Shown here one piece after another: positions 45,001 to 52,714 of a DNA stretch of 64,000 nt. This stretch comes from Armatimonadota bacterium (lineage in GTDB: Bacteria > Armatimonadota > UBA10988): contig JACRKZ010000031.1 in the NCBI GenBank assembly GCA_016235455.1, positions 1 through 64,000 on the forward strand, read 5' to 3'. Under the pieces are notes generated by a model. The model was not told where the DNA came from, did no database searches, and saw only the letters and a program-made list of their open reading frames with translations. Position 1 is the first letter of the stretch. Each line of letters starts with the position of its first letter. Position numbers and translations under genes: made by a program.

Positions 45001-47452
45001 GGTCCGCCTGATGACCAACCTGAGCGACTACCTGCGCACGGGTGGCCTGCGCGGCAAGGTGGTCGACACGGACTCCTTGACCCCCATGGCCGGCATCACG
45101 GTCATCGCGCGCCGCGGCACGGGCACCAACGGCACCATCATGGGCCGGACCACCACGCTGTCCGACGGCACGTACCTCCTGGAAGGCCTGACGGTCGGCG
45201 ACTACGCGCTGTTCGTCCAGTCGGCGGAGTACACCGCCGACCACCGTCCGGTGCAGCGCGTCTACGGCGGCCAGGTCAGCCAGAACTCCGACCTGACCAT
45301 GCGCCTGCTGCGCTTTGAAACCTCCGCGCTGTACGGCACGGTGACCGGCCCGACCGGCACACCGGTGTCCGGCGCCACGGTCATTGCGTCGCTGGCCACG
45401 GCCGGCGCCAACCCGATGCAGGTGAGCACCACCACCGACACGGTCGGACAATACTCGTTGTCCGTGCCCAGCGGCACCTACACGCTGACCGCCAGCGCGG
45501 CGGGCTTCGCCTCGGCCACGCGCACCGACATCATCGTCGTGGCCGGCGCCGACCAGAAGCAGGACCTGCAACTCACGGCTTCACCGGGCGTGCTCACGGG
45601 CACGATCACCGGTAACGGCGCCGGTGTGGGCGGCGCCACCGTGGTGGCGACCAGCGGGGGCGTGACGGTCGGCAGCACCACCACCGCGGCGGATGGCACC
45701 TACACCATGTCCATCGCCGCCGGCACCTATGATCTGGTGGTCACGGCGCCCGGCTATCAGCAGGGCCGTAAGGCGGCCGTTGTGGTCACCAGCAGCGCCA
45801 CGACCACGGCCAATCTGGCCCTGACGGCGGTGGCGCCCGGCAGCATTGCCGGCCTGATCACCGTCCAGGGCTCCAACCAGGCGGTGGGCGGTGTCACGGT
45901 GTCCCTGCTGGCGGGCGGCGCGACGGTGCGCAGCACCACATCGGCTAGCACCACGACCACGCAGGGCGGCGTTACCTACAACTGGAAGATCGACGACGTG
46001 CCGGCCGGTCTATACGACGTGCGGGTGCAGGCGCCGGGCTACAACGCCCAGACCACCACGTCGGTGACGGTGACCAGCAACCAGTTGACGTCGGGCATCG
46101 ACTTCACGCTGCAGCCGCTGCACGTGTTCATCTCGTCGCTGTCCATGGCCTCGACGCCGTTCGACTACAGCACCTCGGCGCCCGACGCGCAGACGCTGAT
46201 CGACGACGACAACAATGCGGCCACCCCGCTCAAGATGGCGGCCTACAACACCGCCACGGCGGCCTACGCGTACTATCCGAACGCACCGGGCAGGACCTTC
46301 ACGCTGGGTCGCGGCTACTTCCTGAAGCTGGCCAACAACGCGGCACTGACCCGCGAAGGCGTCCGCGCGGCGACCACGGGCAGCGGCTACGATGTGCCTC
46401 TGCTCAACGGCTGGAACCTGATCGGCGCCGTCTACGAGTTCCCGGTTGATCTGTTCTCCTGCCAGGTGATCCTGGAGGTGAACGGTGCCGGCTCGACGGT
46501 CTACTCCTTCCAGGAGGCCGTGGCTCGCGGTCTGGTCGGTGGATCCATGTACACGCTGAACTTCGGTGTGTACCAGCAGGTCTACCGCTTCGACCCGTAT
46601 ACGGGCTACTGGCTGCGCGGCTACGTGCCGTCGGCGGCCACGACGCTCAAGCTGCGCGTCCCGCCGACGCCGCTGGGTGGTTCGTCCAACCGCGGCCGGA
46701 GCGCCGCGACGCCCACCGACTGGAAGGCGAGCATCGTCGCCAAGACCACGGACGGCGTGGCCTCACAGGCCACCTTCGGCGTGGGCGGCAACTCGGCTAC
46801 GGTGTACGACGGCGCGGACCGAGCCCAACCGCCGGCGCCGCCCGTGGCTGCTCAGTGGCTGGAGCTGGGCTTCCCGCACGCGGACTGGGGTCGCTACTCG
46901 GGGTCGTACCAGAGCGACATCCGTAGCGCGAGCCGCAGCCTGCGCTGGGAACTGGAGCTCAAGGGCGCCAAGCCGGGCCAGATGGTCAGCCTGAGCTGGC
47001 CGGAGCTGGGCGCCAACATACCGGGCAACCTGAGGGTCATCCTGGAGGACCTGCAGACGGGTGTGCGGCGCTCGCTGCGCCACACCAGCGGCTACACGGT
47101 CCGCGCCGACGGTAGTGCGCGGCGGCTGGCCATCATCGTCGAGCCGGCGGACAACCGCCCGGCGGTGACATCGCTGGCCTACACGGCGAGCCGCGCCGTG
47201 GGCGGCCAGGTGCACTTTACGCTCACCGCGGACCTGACTACCAACGTGGTGGTGCGTGGTCTGAACGGTGCGCTGGTCAAGACGCTGCTGCGCGATGAGG
47301 TGCTGACCGCCGGGCCCCAAGTGGTGGTCTGGGACGGCACCGACGACAGCGGCCGCGTGGCCCCCGACGGCACGTATCGACTCGAAGTGGTCGCCGTGGG
47401 CGACACGGGTGAGCAGGTACGGGCCACGACAACGGTTCGACAGCAGCGCTGA
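42023..47452 (+). CDS. Large secreted protein: PD40/TolB-like propeller, choice-of-anchor-X-like, carboxypeptidase-regulatory-like repeats, shared C-terminal module with FlgD-like Ig domain
   Basis: Signal peptide; PVWSPDGTRVAFASNR; LRDDGTQGDAVAGDGIYTG; four G.V......GA.V...T...G.Y...V..GTY repeats; terminal WDGTDDSGRVAPDGTY. Confidence 0.85.
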   Translation: MRVRRSSLGWSVLLLVSLVTAVAAKTSHEFVGAQGPAFMRAQLRQAGSRQVAPTADHNITQSASDNIDPVWSPDGTRVAFASNRAGSYDIYIARSDGSNPDTGALLTPKLISGVAGDERYPAWNPGGLDLAYVRGNAIYVRNLRTMAEIQLIDQLTNIQGLTYSPDGSRLVFSARLAGDSDLNLYWVTTDPQSTDPATGKPQMVQITNAAGNEVQPSWFPNSDAADGRQVIFSSNANGDYDLYRVTPPTVGGAPVALTAANRVLGNGGDGDQSYPSWVRPGGSRDASYDQPYYLLYADNGNGNYDLRVVDADLVPASAVVYQGAGDQIQPVACPIQDTTHNACVYSGKKTGITTNQLFVIDIFDNSAPILGDGITTSLPSVSPQRGFPGSTVTITAKVYDKGSGVAPAPIDYDGDTIPDSGVWAIVRVADRPVFARWTTGSTEVQPNHISNTVWAHVSNNQIETDQEIVDIPTTRLSGNLTTVQPNDPTELGAAITGPGVAYRFTTLDAMSFVNRVGLPLRDDGTQGDAVAGDGIYTGTWLTPAESHDYYVDVVPVDTRGNAPVDPDLGMDGLGRTNPLETTYRYPDGIATCMGPWAIGYDHVAGFTTRQLDITRKILLVSDYGCGQKFQAADFATTASAALSRYWPVALPTEHYWFTDDDVAGAESMTAAPVITFGSGVSGVQRTIGPNPTVSAGTQVPDGPWSCGPFAQLNGGGQPFGGPQDVDQVAIWRVLCRGPLDAGTLNAYTPAPLAAVEGSPVPAQNGDHMVVFSSPYTGDVYAQPGTLLDASTQALLRSFVAAGGRLVVSGMDIAWALTKNGTQASPFLQDVLKATFISDATPGAVNSPISGYDSGRTRMTPPDAQGGVEPQLFQFGGSPVAASMTGRPMNADGGVPGNLALLRINGGGDTQGGWPFSGDGCPNAFFIDNVSPTGGGLSTFDYAGGDGSAAVRYIDPTTGSRVVYFAFGLESLRADFILHDHNPAPYVVHGMEHRVRLMTNLSDYLRTGGLRGKVVDTDSLTPMAGITVIARRGTGTNGTIMGRTTTLSDGTYLLEGLTVGDYALFVQSAEYTADHRPVQRVYGGQVSQNSDLTMRLLRFETSALYGTVTGPTGTPVSGATVIASLATAGANPMQVSTTTDTVGQYSLSVPSGTYTLTASAAGFASATRTDIIVVAGADQKQDLQLTASPGVLTGTITGNGAGVGGATVVATSGGVTVGSTTTAADGTYTMSIAAGTYDLVVTAPGYQQGRKAAVVVTSSATTTANLALTAVAPGSIAGLITVQGSNQAVGGVTVSLLAGGATVRSTTSASTTTTQGGVTYNWKIDDVPAGLYDVRVQAPGYNAQTTTSVTVTSNQLTSGIDFTLQPLHVFISSLSMASTPFDYSTSAPDAQTLIDDDNNAATPLKMAAYNTATAAYAYYPNAPGRTFTLGRGYFLKLANNAALTREGVRAATTGSGYDVPLLNGWNLIGAVYEFPVDLFSCQVILEVNGAGSTVYSFQEAVARGLVGGSMYTLNFGVYQQVYRFDPYTGYWLRGYVPSAATTLKLRVPPTPLGGSSNRGRSAATPTDWKASIVAKTTDGVASQATFGVGGNSATVYDGADRAQPPAPPVAAQWLELGFPHADWGRYSGSYQSDIRSASRSLRWELELKGAKPGQMVSLSWPELGANIPGNLRVILEDLQTGVRRSLRHTSGYTVRADGSARRLAIIVEPADNRPAVTSLAYTASRAVGGQVHFTLTADLTTNVVVRGLNGALVKTLLRDEVLTAGPQVVVWDGTDDSGRVAPDGTYRLEVVAVGDTGEQVRATTTVRQQR

Positions 47453-47542
47453 CGCGCTGCCTGAAGGAAGCGAGCCGGGCCTGCCGAAATGGCTGGCGCG
47501 GGTCGCGGCGGAAGACTGAGCGAAGCTGCGAGGGAGTCTGAC

Positions 47543-49603
47543 ATGAGACTGGTCAAGCGATTGCGGCGGCATCCGCTGACTCGCCCACTGGCGTGGGCGG
47601 TGCAGCTTGCGCTGCTGGCAAGCACCGGCGTGCTGGCGCCGCCGGCGGCGGCACAGGATATCGAGGCGAAGCGCGCGGTAGTGCTGGACTTCGGCAACCT
47701 GGCCACGGCCTCGCCGTTGGCTGGCGACGAGGCGGCCGCAGCCTTGAGCTTGGCTCTGGTGCAGCGTCGCTACGAAGTCACGCCGCGCAGTGAGGTGCAA
47801 ACGCGCCTCAAGGCGATTGGCGTGCGCGCGCCGTTCGAGCCTGACGAGATCAAGCTCATCAAGAACGACCTCGACATTCGCGACCTGTACTCCGGCAGCG
47901 TGATCAGCGTGGACGAGAAGATCGGCGCCAAGTCCTCGGTCGAAGTGCTGCTGCGCGTCGAAGTCTACGACGGCGACACCGGCGACATGGTCAACGGTGG
48001 CTACGGCAAGGGCTTCGAGGTGCTGAACAGCGCCAACATCGCCGACCGTGAAGCTGGTTTGGCCAGCGCCATCGAGCGCGCCGTCGCGCAGGCCTTGACC
48101 CGCATCGATGCCCGCACCCTGATCCACGCCGCGGTCATGTCCTACGCCCCGCCGAACCGCGTGCTGATCAACAAGGGTCGCAAGCAAGGCGTGCTGGAAG
48201 GCATGGAGTTCAACGTCTTCCGCACCAAGGCCGATCCCGAAAACCCGAACCGCTCCCTCACGGTGAAGGTCGGCCGCGTCCGGGTGCATGAGGCGTCGAA
48301 CGACGATGCCACGGCCTCGGTCATCGAGATGACCCAGGGCATCAATACGCACGACGAGTTGCGCGAGGTCTTCCGCCTGCCGTCCATCTCCGCCAGTCAG
48401 GCGCAGTCAGGCAACCTGCCTGACCTGGGTCGGGCTCCGGCGCGCGGTGGCGCGGGCAACGGTGCGTGGCTAGCGCCCGTGGCTGGCGTCGTGGCCGGCA
48501 TCGGCCTGCTCGGCCTGCTAGTCGTGTTGGCCGGCACTTCGACCAGTGACTCGCCGTCGGCGCAGGCCACCGGGGCTTACCTCCGCCAGGCCGCGCCGGG
48601 CCAGAACCCGTCCGTGGAGGTGGCCTGGGGCGATCGCAACTACGCGCCGCCCAAGCGCTTCATTGGCGGCTACCTGCTGTACCGTGGCATCTCGCAGTCG
48701 TTCGCGGCGCTGACCGGCGACGCGGTGGGAGCGGTGCCTGGCGCCAACCAGCGCAAGTGGGCGGACGACCCGACCTGGGTGGACGTGACCACCACGATTC
48801 CGCTGCGCTACGAGCGCATCACCGCCACAGACGTGGAAGTGGTTGAGACGACGCTGGATGTGCGCATCGTGCACCAATCGCCGCAGCCGGGCAAGACCTA
48901 CTACTACAAGGTCCGGCGCCTCGGTCCGCCGATGGCGGCGACGGCACCGACCGTGTTCGCGCGCACCGCGACGGGTGGCAACCTGTCGTCACGGCTGAAC
49001 AGCCGCTCGGCGCAGATGCGCCAGGCCTCCGCCGGTCGCGTGCTGCGCAGTGGTGGCAACGTGCACATCTCGCGCGTTGGCCTGCCCATGATCACCCATC
49101 GCCAGGTGACCAGCATCGATCCGGGCGCGAACTACGACGCGACGCTCGACCCCACCGTCGACAATGACATCGTCATCGACACCGACATGGGTCTGTCCGA
49201 CGCGACGGTGGCCATGGGCCCGGTGACCTACATGGTGCCGCCGGACCTGTTGGCGCCGTCGAACAACAACATGGCCCAGCGCGTGGACGACATCGGCTTC
49301 TCGTGGCAGGGCGTTCTGGGCGCCACGCAGTACGTCGTGCAGATCGCCACGGATGCCGACTTCTCGGCCTTGGCGTTCTCCAGCGCGGCGATCGCGACGA
49401 CCTCCACCGGGCAGTTGTCGTTCCGCTACGACAGCACGGCGGCGGGCTACCGCGCGCTGGCGGCGAACACACAGTACTTCTGGCGAGTAGGCGCGAAGTC
49501 CACCTTCGGCGGTCAGCGGGCGCCCGAGCCCAACGGCTTCGTCTTCAGCCAGGTCTATACGTTCCAGACCGCGGACCAGCCGCCCAGCAACCCGCGCCGC
49601 TGA
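47543..49603 (+). CDS. Secreted CsgG/FlgT-like protein with internal hydrophobic helix and FN3-like domains
   Basis: Signal peptide to AAA-Q; AVVLDFGN alpha/beta domain; VLINKGRKQGV..GMEF.VFR..VGRVRV (FlgT-C-like); helix WLAPVAGVVAGIGLLGLLVVLA; PGKTYYYKV and ANTQYFWRVGA. Confidence 0.7.
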   Translation: MRLVKRLRRHPLTRPLAWAVQLALLASTGVLAPPAAAQDIEAKRAVVLDFGNLATASPLAGDEAAAALSLALVQRRYEVTPRSEVQTRLKAIGVRAPFEPDEIKLIKNDLDIRDLYSGSVISVDEKIGAKSSVEVLLRVEVYDGDTGDMVNGGYGKGFEVLNSANIADREAGLASAIERAVAQALTRIDARTLIHAAVMSYAPPNRVLINKGRKQGVLEGMEFNVFRTKADPENPNRSLTVKVGRVRVHEASNDDATASVIEMTQGINTHDELREVFRLPSISASQAQSGNLPDLGRAPARGGAGNGAWLAPVAGVVAGIGLLGLLVVLAGTSTSDSPSAQATGAYLRQAAPGQNPSVEVAWGDRNYAPPKRFIGGYLLYRGISQSFAALTGDAVGAVPGANQRKWADDPTWVDVTTTIPLRYERITATDVEVVETTLDVRIVHQSPQPGKTYYYKVRRLGPPMAATAPTVFARTATGGNLSSRLNSRSAQMRQASAGRVLRSGGNVHISRVGLPMITHRQVTSIDPGANYDATLDPTVDNDIVIDTDMGLSDATVAMGPVTYMVPPDLLAPSNNNMAQRVDDIGFSWQGVLGATQYVVQIATDADFSALAFSSAAIATTSTGQLSFRYDSTAAGYRALAANTQYFWRVGAKSTFGGQRAPEPNGFVFSQVYTFQTADQPPSNPRR

Positions 49604-49635
49604 GGACTGTCTAGGGCTTGGAGAGGAGCGCAGGC

Positions 49636-52600
49636 ATGCGGAAGGCACTGTTCTGGCTGATGGCGGCGACCGTAATGGTCGTCGCCCGGCCAGGGGCCGC
49701 CCAAACGACGGCCGATTGGACCGTGCTGGTCTACCTGAACGGTGACTCCACTGTCCGCTACGAGGACGCATCGATCCGCGTGTTCAACGCGCTGGAGCAG
49801 ATCGGCTCGACGCAGGCGGTGAACGTCGTCGTGCAGTGGGACCGCGGCCCTGGCGACGATGTGCTGACCGCGGCGAACCCCGCCGACGCCACGCAGGCCT
49901 GGGCCACCACGCGCCGGTACTTGGTGGTGGCGGACCCGGCCCAGACCGGCCTGACGCCGGACACGCTGACCGCCGCCGCGACGCGTATCGCCTCACCGGC
50001 CCTGGTCGACCTGGGCGAAGTGGACATGGGCCAGCAGGCGAGCCTGGTGGACTTCTACACCTGGACTGCCGCGCGCTTCCCCGCGCGTCACTATGCGCTG
50101 ATCCTGAGCGGTCCCGGCACCGGCTGGCAGCCGCGCAGCCAGCACCGTGGCATGCTGTTCGACACGACGACCGTGTCGACCGGCCCCACCGACCCGTCGG
50201 CCTTCCTGACCAATGCCGAGTTGACCGGCGCGCTGACCGCGATCAAGTCCCAGCGCAGCGGCCTGAACCTGGACGCCTTGCTGTGTGACACTGGCGGCAG
50301 CGCGACGGTCGAAGTCGCCACTCAGGCTACTGGGCTGGTGGACAGCTACCTGGGCGAGTTCCTCGATCGCAATGGCAACGGCGGCCTGAACTACGACACG
50401 CTGGTGTCCTCCCTGAACACGGCGCTGCCGTTGACGGCGGCCACGGTGCAAACCTGGCTCGGCAGTGTAGCCACGACCTACCTGGGCTCCTATGGCACCG
50501 GCACGGCGCGGCTGGGTGGCGCCCAAAGCGTGACTGCGGGCGTGTACCGCATGGGCAACCTGCCCAGCTTGGTAACCGCCTGCGATGACCTGGCCAAGGC
50601 GCTGGATGCCGACCTGCTGACCACGGCACCGGGATTGTTCCGGGTGCTCAGTACGGTCCAGCGTGGTCGCCCTGCTGACTTCAGCGGAGACTACATTGAC
50701 CTCAAGCACTTCGCTGAGCTGTGCCAGACTGAGTTCGCGGCCACCCAGACCATCGTTGACGCCGCGACGGCGCTGATCTCCGCGGTCACCGCGGTCCAGG
50801 CGGGCGACGTGACCGCCGCTTCCGCCGCCACCGACATCGATGTGTCGAATTTCAACGGTGTGGCCGTGTACTTCCCGGGAGAGCTGGCGGCCTACGACAG
50901 CAACTACCCGACGGGCTGCGACTTCGGGCAGACAGAATGGCCGACCCTGATCCAGGGGCTCTACACGCTCTACTCGGATCGCAACCCGCCGGTGATCACC
51001 CTGATCACCCCGACCAACGGCACCACCATCCTTGAGAATCCGCCGACGATTCAGGTGTCCATCGTGGACCCCGACGCCATCGGCGGTGTCAACGCGGACT
51101 CGGTCTCGTTGACCTTCGACGGGGTCGTCGTGCCCAAGGCCAACTACAGCTTCAGCAGCGAGACGGGCGTTCTGACCTACACGCCGGCCAACGCGCTCGG
51201 CGCCACCAGCCACACGTTCATCGTGGGGGCCAGTGACCTGAGCGGTAATGCCGCGACGCCCACGACAGGCAACTTCCGCATCTCCGTGGCGACCTTGTCG
51301 ACGGGGATCCAGACGTTCTCGTTGCCTCGCCTGCTGACCGCCGCTCAGAACGATCCGGGCCTGGTCTTCGGCGCCAGCAACTTCGCCATGGCACGCTGGG
51401 TGCCTGGGCTCAGCGGGTCGGACAAGTACCGGCTGTACCCCGATAGCTATGCTTCGTTCCTGCCGCCCGACTGCAGCACCAGCGTGTCGAACCCCGTCGT
51501 CACGCGGGCGCCGGCGGGGCTGGGCTACTGGGTCAGGGTGAAGCAGTCCAGGCCGTTGCAGACGTTGCCCGGCACGCCGGTCACGCTCTCGGAGTACGGG
51601 ATTCGGCTGCTCACCGACGGCAGTTCGCCGAACTGGAACATGGTGGCCAACCCCTATGACACGCCGGCCATCTCCTTGGCCAGCGCTTTCATCCAGTTGG
51701 TCGACGGACGGCGCCTGACGTTCCGTCAGGCTATCGACCAGCGGTACACACCGGGTGTGCTGTTCAGCTACGTGCCCAATGAGAGCAACGCCAACGCTCC
51801 GGGGCGCTACGACTTCAGTGACGCGGGCGCCGGCCAACTGATCCGGCTTCAGGCGCACTGGCTCAAGGTCAACACGGCCTGCTCCTTGGTGGTGCAATCC
51901 GGTCTTTCGTCCCGCGCGGCCGTACCGAGCGCTTCGGCCCGGGCCCTGCCGCGCGACGGTTGGAGCCTGGCGCTGTGGGCCACGGCTGACAGCAAGGCCA
52001 ACGCCTATTCGGACGGCCGAGCCTATGAAGCCAAGGACCGTCTGGTGCTGGGCCAGTCCAGCGATGCGCAGAATGGCTACGACCATGCCTTGGACGTGGC
52101 CGGGCCGCCGGCCATGCCGGGCGGTGTCGCGCTGCGTGCCGTCCACGGCGACTGGGGCCTGGAGAGCGGGCGCTACGTGCGGGACTACCGCGCCGCCGGC
52201 ATGAGTACGGAGTGGGACGTCGAGGTCGCGGCGCCGGCCGGCGAAGTGAGCCTGACGTGGCCCGACCTGCGGGCGGTGCCGGGCGACATCGACCTCGTGC
52301 TGACCGACCTGACCAACGGTCAGTCGCGAGCGCTGCGCACAACCGCCAGCTACGGCTTCACGCACAGCGGTGGCCCGCGGGCGTTCCGCGTGACGGCGCA
52401 ACGGCGCAACGGCGCCGGCCTGTTGGTGACCAACGTCACCACGCAGTCCGGTCGCGGCGGCGACTCCGTGGATATCGGCTACACGCTCTCTCGGGCGGCG
52501 AGTGTGCACGTCCAGGTGACGAGCCTGAGTGGCCGTTCGCTGCGCTCGCTCGGCCCGGTTGACTCCGCCACGGGTCGCGGTCGCTTGGCCTGGGACGGGT

Positions 52601-52713
52601 GCGATGCCAACGGTCGACCGGTGCCCAACGGCATCTACGTGTTGCAGGTGGTCGCGACGGGCGCGGACGGGTCCTTGGCTCGAGAGCTTCGCACGGTTCG
52701 CGTGATGCGGTAG
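49636..52713 (+). CDS. Secreted clostripain (C11)-like pseudoprotease with shared C-terminal module and FlgD-like Ig domain
   Basis: WTVLVYLNGD, VNVVVQWDR, GEVDMG, FPARHYALIL; His/Cys positions read SGPG and DTG; terminal WDGCDANGRPVPNGIY. Confidence 0.8.
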   Translation: MRKALFWLMAATVMVVARPGAAQTTADWTVLVYLNGDSTVRYEDASIRVFNALEQIGSTQAVNVVVQWDRGPGDDVLTAANPADATQAWATTRRYLVVADPAQTGLTPDTLTAAATRIASPALVDLGEVDMGQQASLVDFYTWTAARFPARHYALILSGPGTGWQPRSQHRGMLFDTTTVSTGPTDPSAFLTNAELTGALTAIKSQRSGLNLDALLCDTGGSATVEVATQATGLVDSYLGEFLDRNGNGGLNYDTLVSSLNTALPLTAATVQTWLGSVATTYLGSYGTGTARLGGAQSVTAGVYRMGNLPSLVTACDDLAKALDADLLTTAPGLFRVLSTVQRGRPADFSGDYIDLKHFAELCQTEFAATQTIVDAATALISAVTAVQAGDVTAASAATDIDVSNFNGVAVYFPGELAAYDSNYPTGCDFGQTEWPTLIQGLYTLYSDRNPPVITLITPTNGTTILENPPTIQVSIVDPDAIGGVNADSVSLTFDGVVVPKANYSFSSETGVLTYTPANALGATSHTFIVGASDLSGNAATPTTGNFRISVATLSTGIQTFSLPRLLTAAQNDPGLVFGASNFAMARWVPGLSGSDKYRLYPDSYASFLPPDCSTSVSNPVVTRAPAGLGYWVRVKQSRPLQTLPGTPVTLSEYGIRLLTDGSSPNWNMVANPYDTPAISLASAFIQLVDGRRLTFRQAIDQRYTPGVLFSYVPNESNANAPGRYDFSDAGAGQLIRLQAHWLKVNTACSLVVQSGLSSRAAVPSASARALPRDGWSLALWATADSKANAYSDGRAYEAKDRLVLGQSSDAQNGYDHALDVAGPPAMPGGVALRAVHGDWGLESGRYVRDYRAAGMSTEWDVEVAAPAGEVSLTWPDLRAVPGDIDLVLTDLTNGQSRALRTTASYGFTHSGGPRAFRVTAQRRNGAGLLVTNVTTQSGRGGDSVDIGYTLSRAASVHVQVTSLSGRSLRSLGPVDSATGRGRLAWDGCDANGRPVPNGIYVLQVVATGADGSLARELRTVRVMR

Positions 52714-52714
52714 G

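Noticed and set aside
47455-47510. GAAGGAAGC motif reminiscent of SRP RNA
   Set aside because: Lacks the CAGG..GNRA helix-8 context and long flanking stem; lies in a 90-nt gap within an operon.
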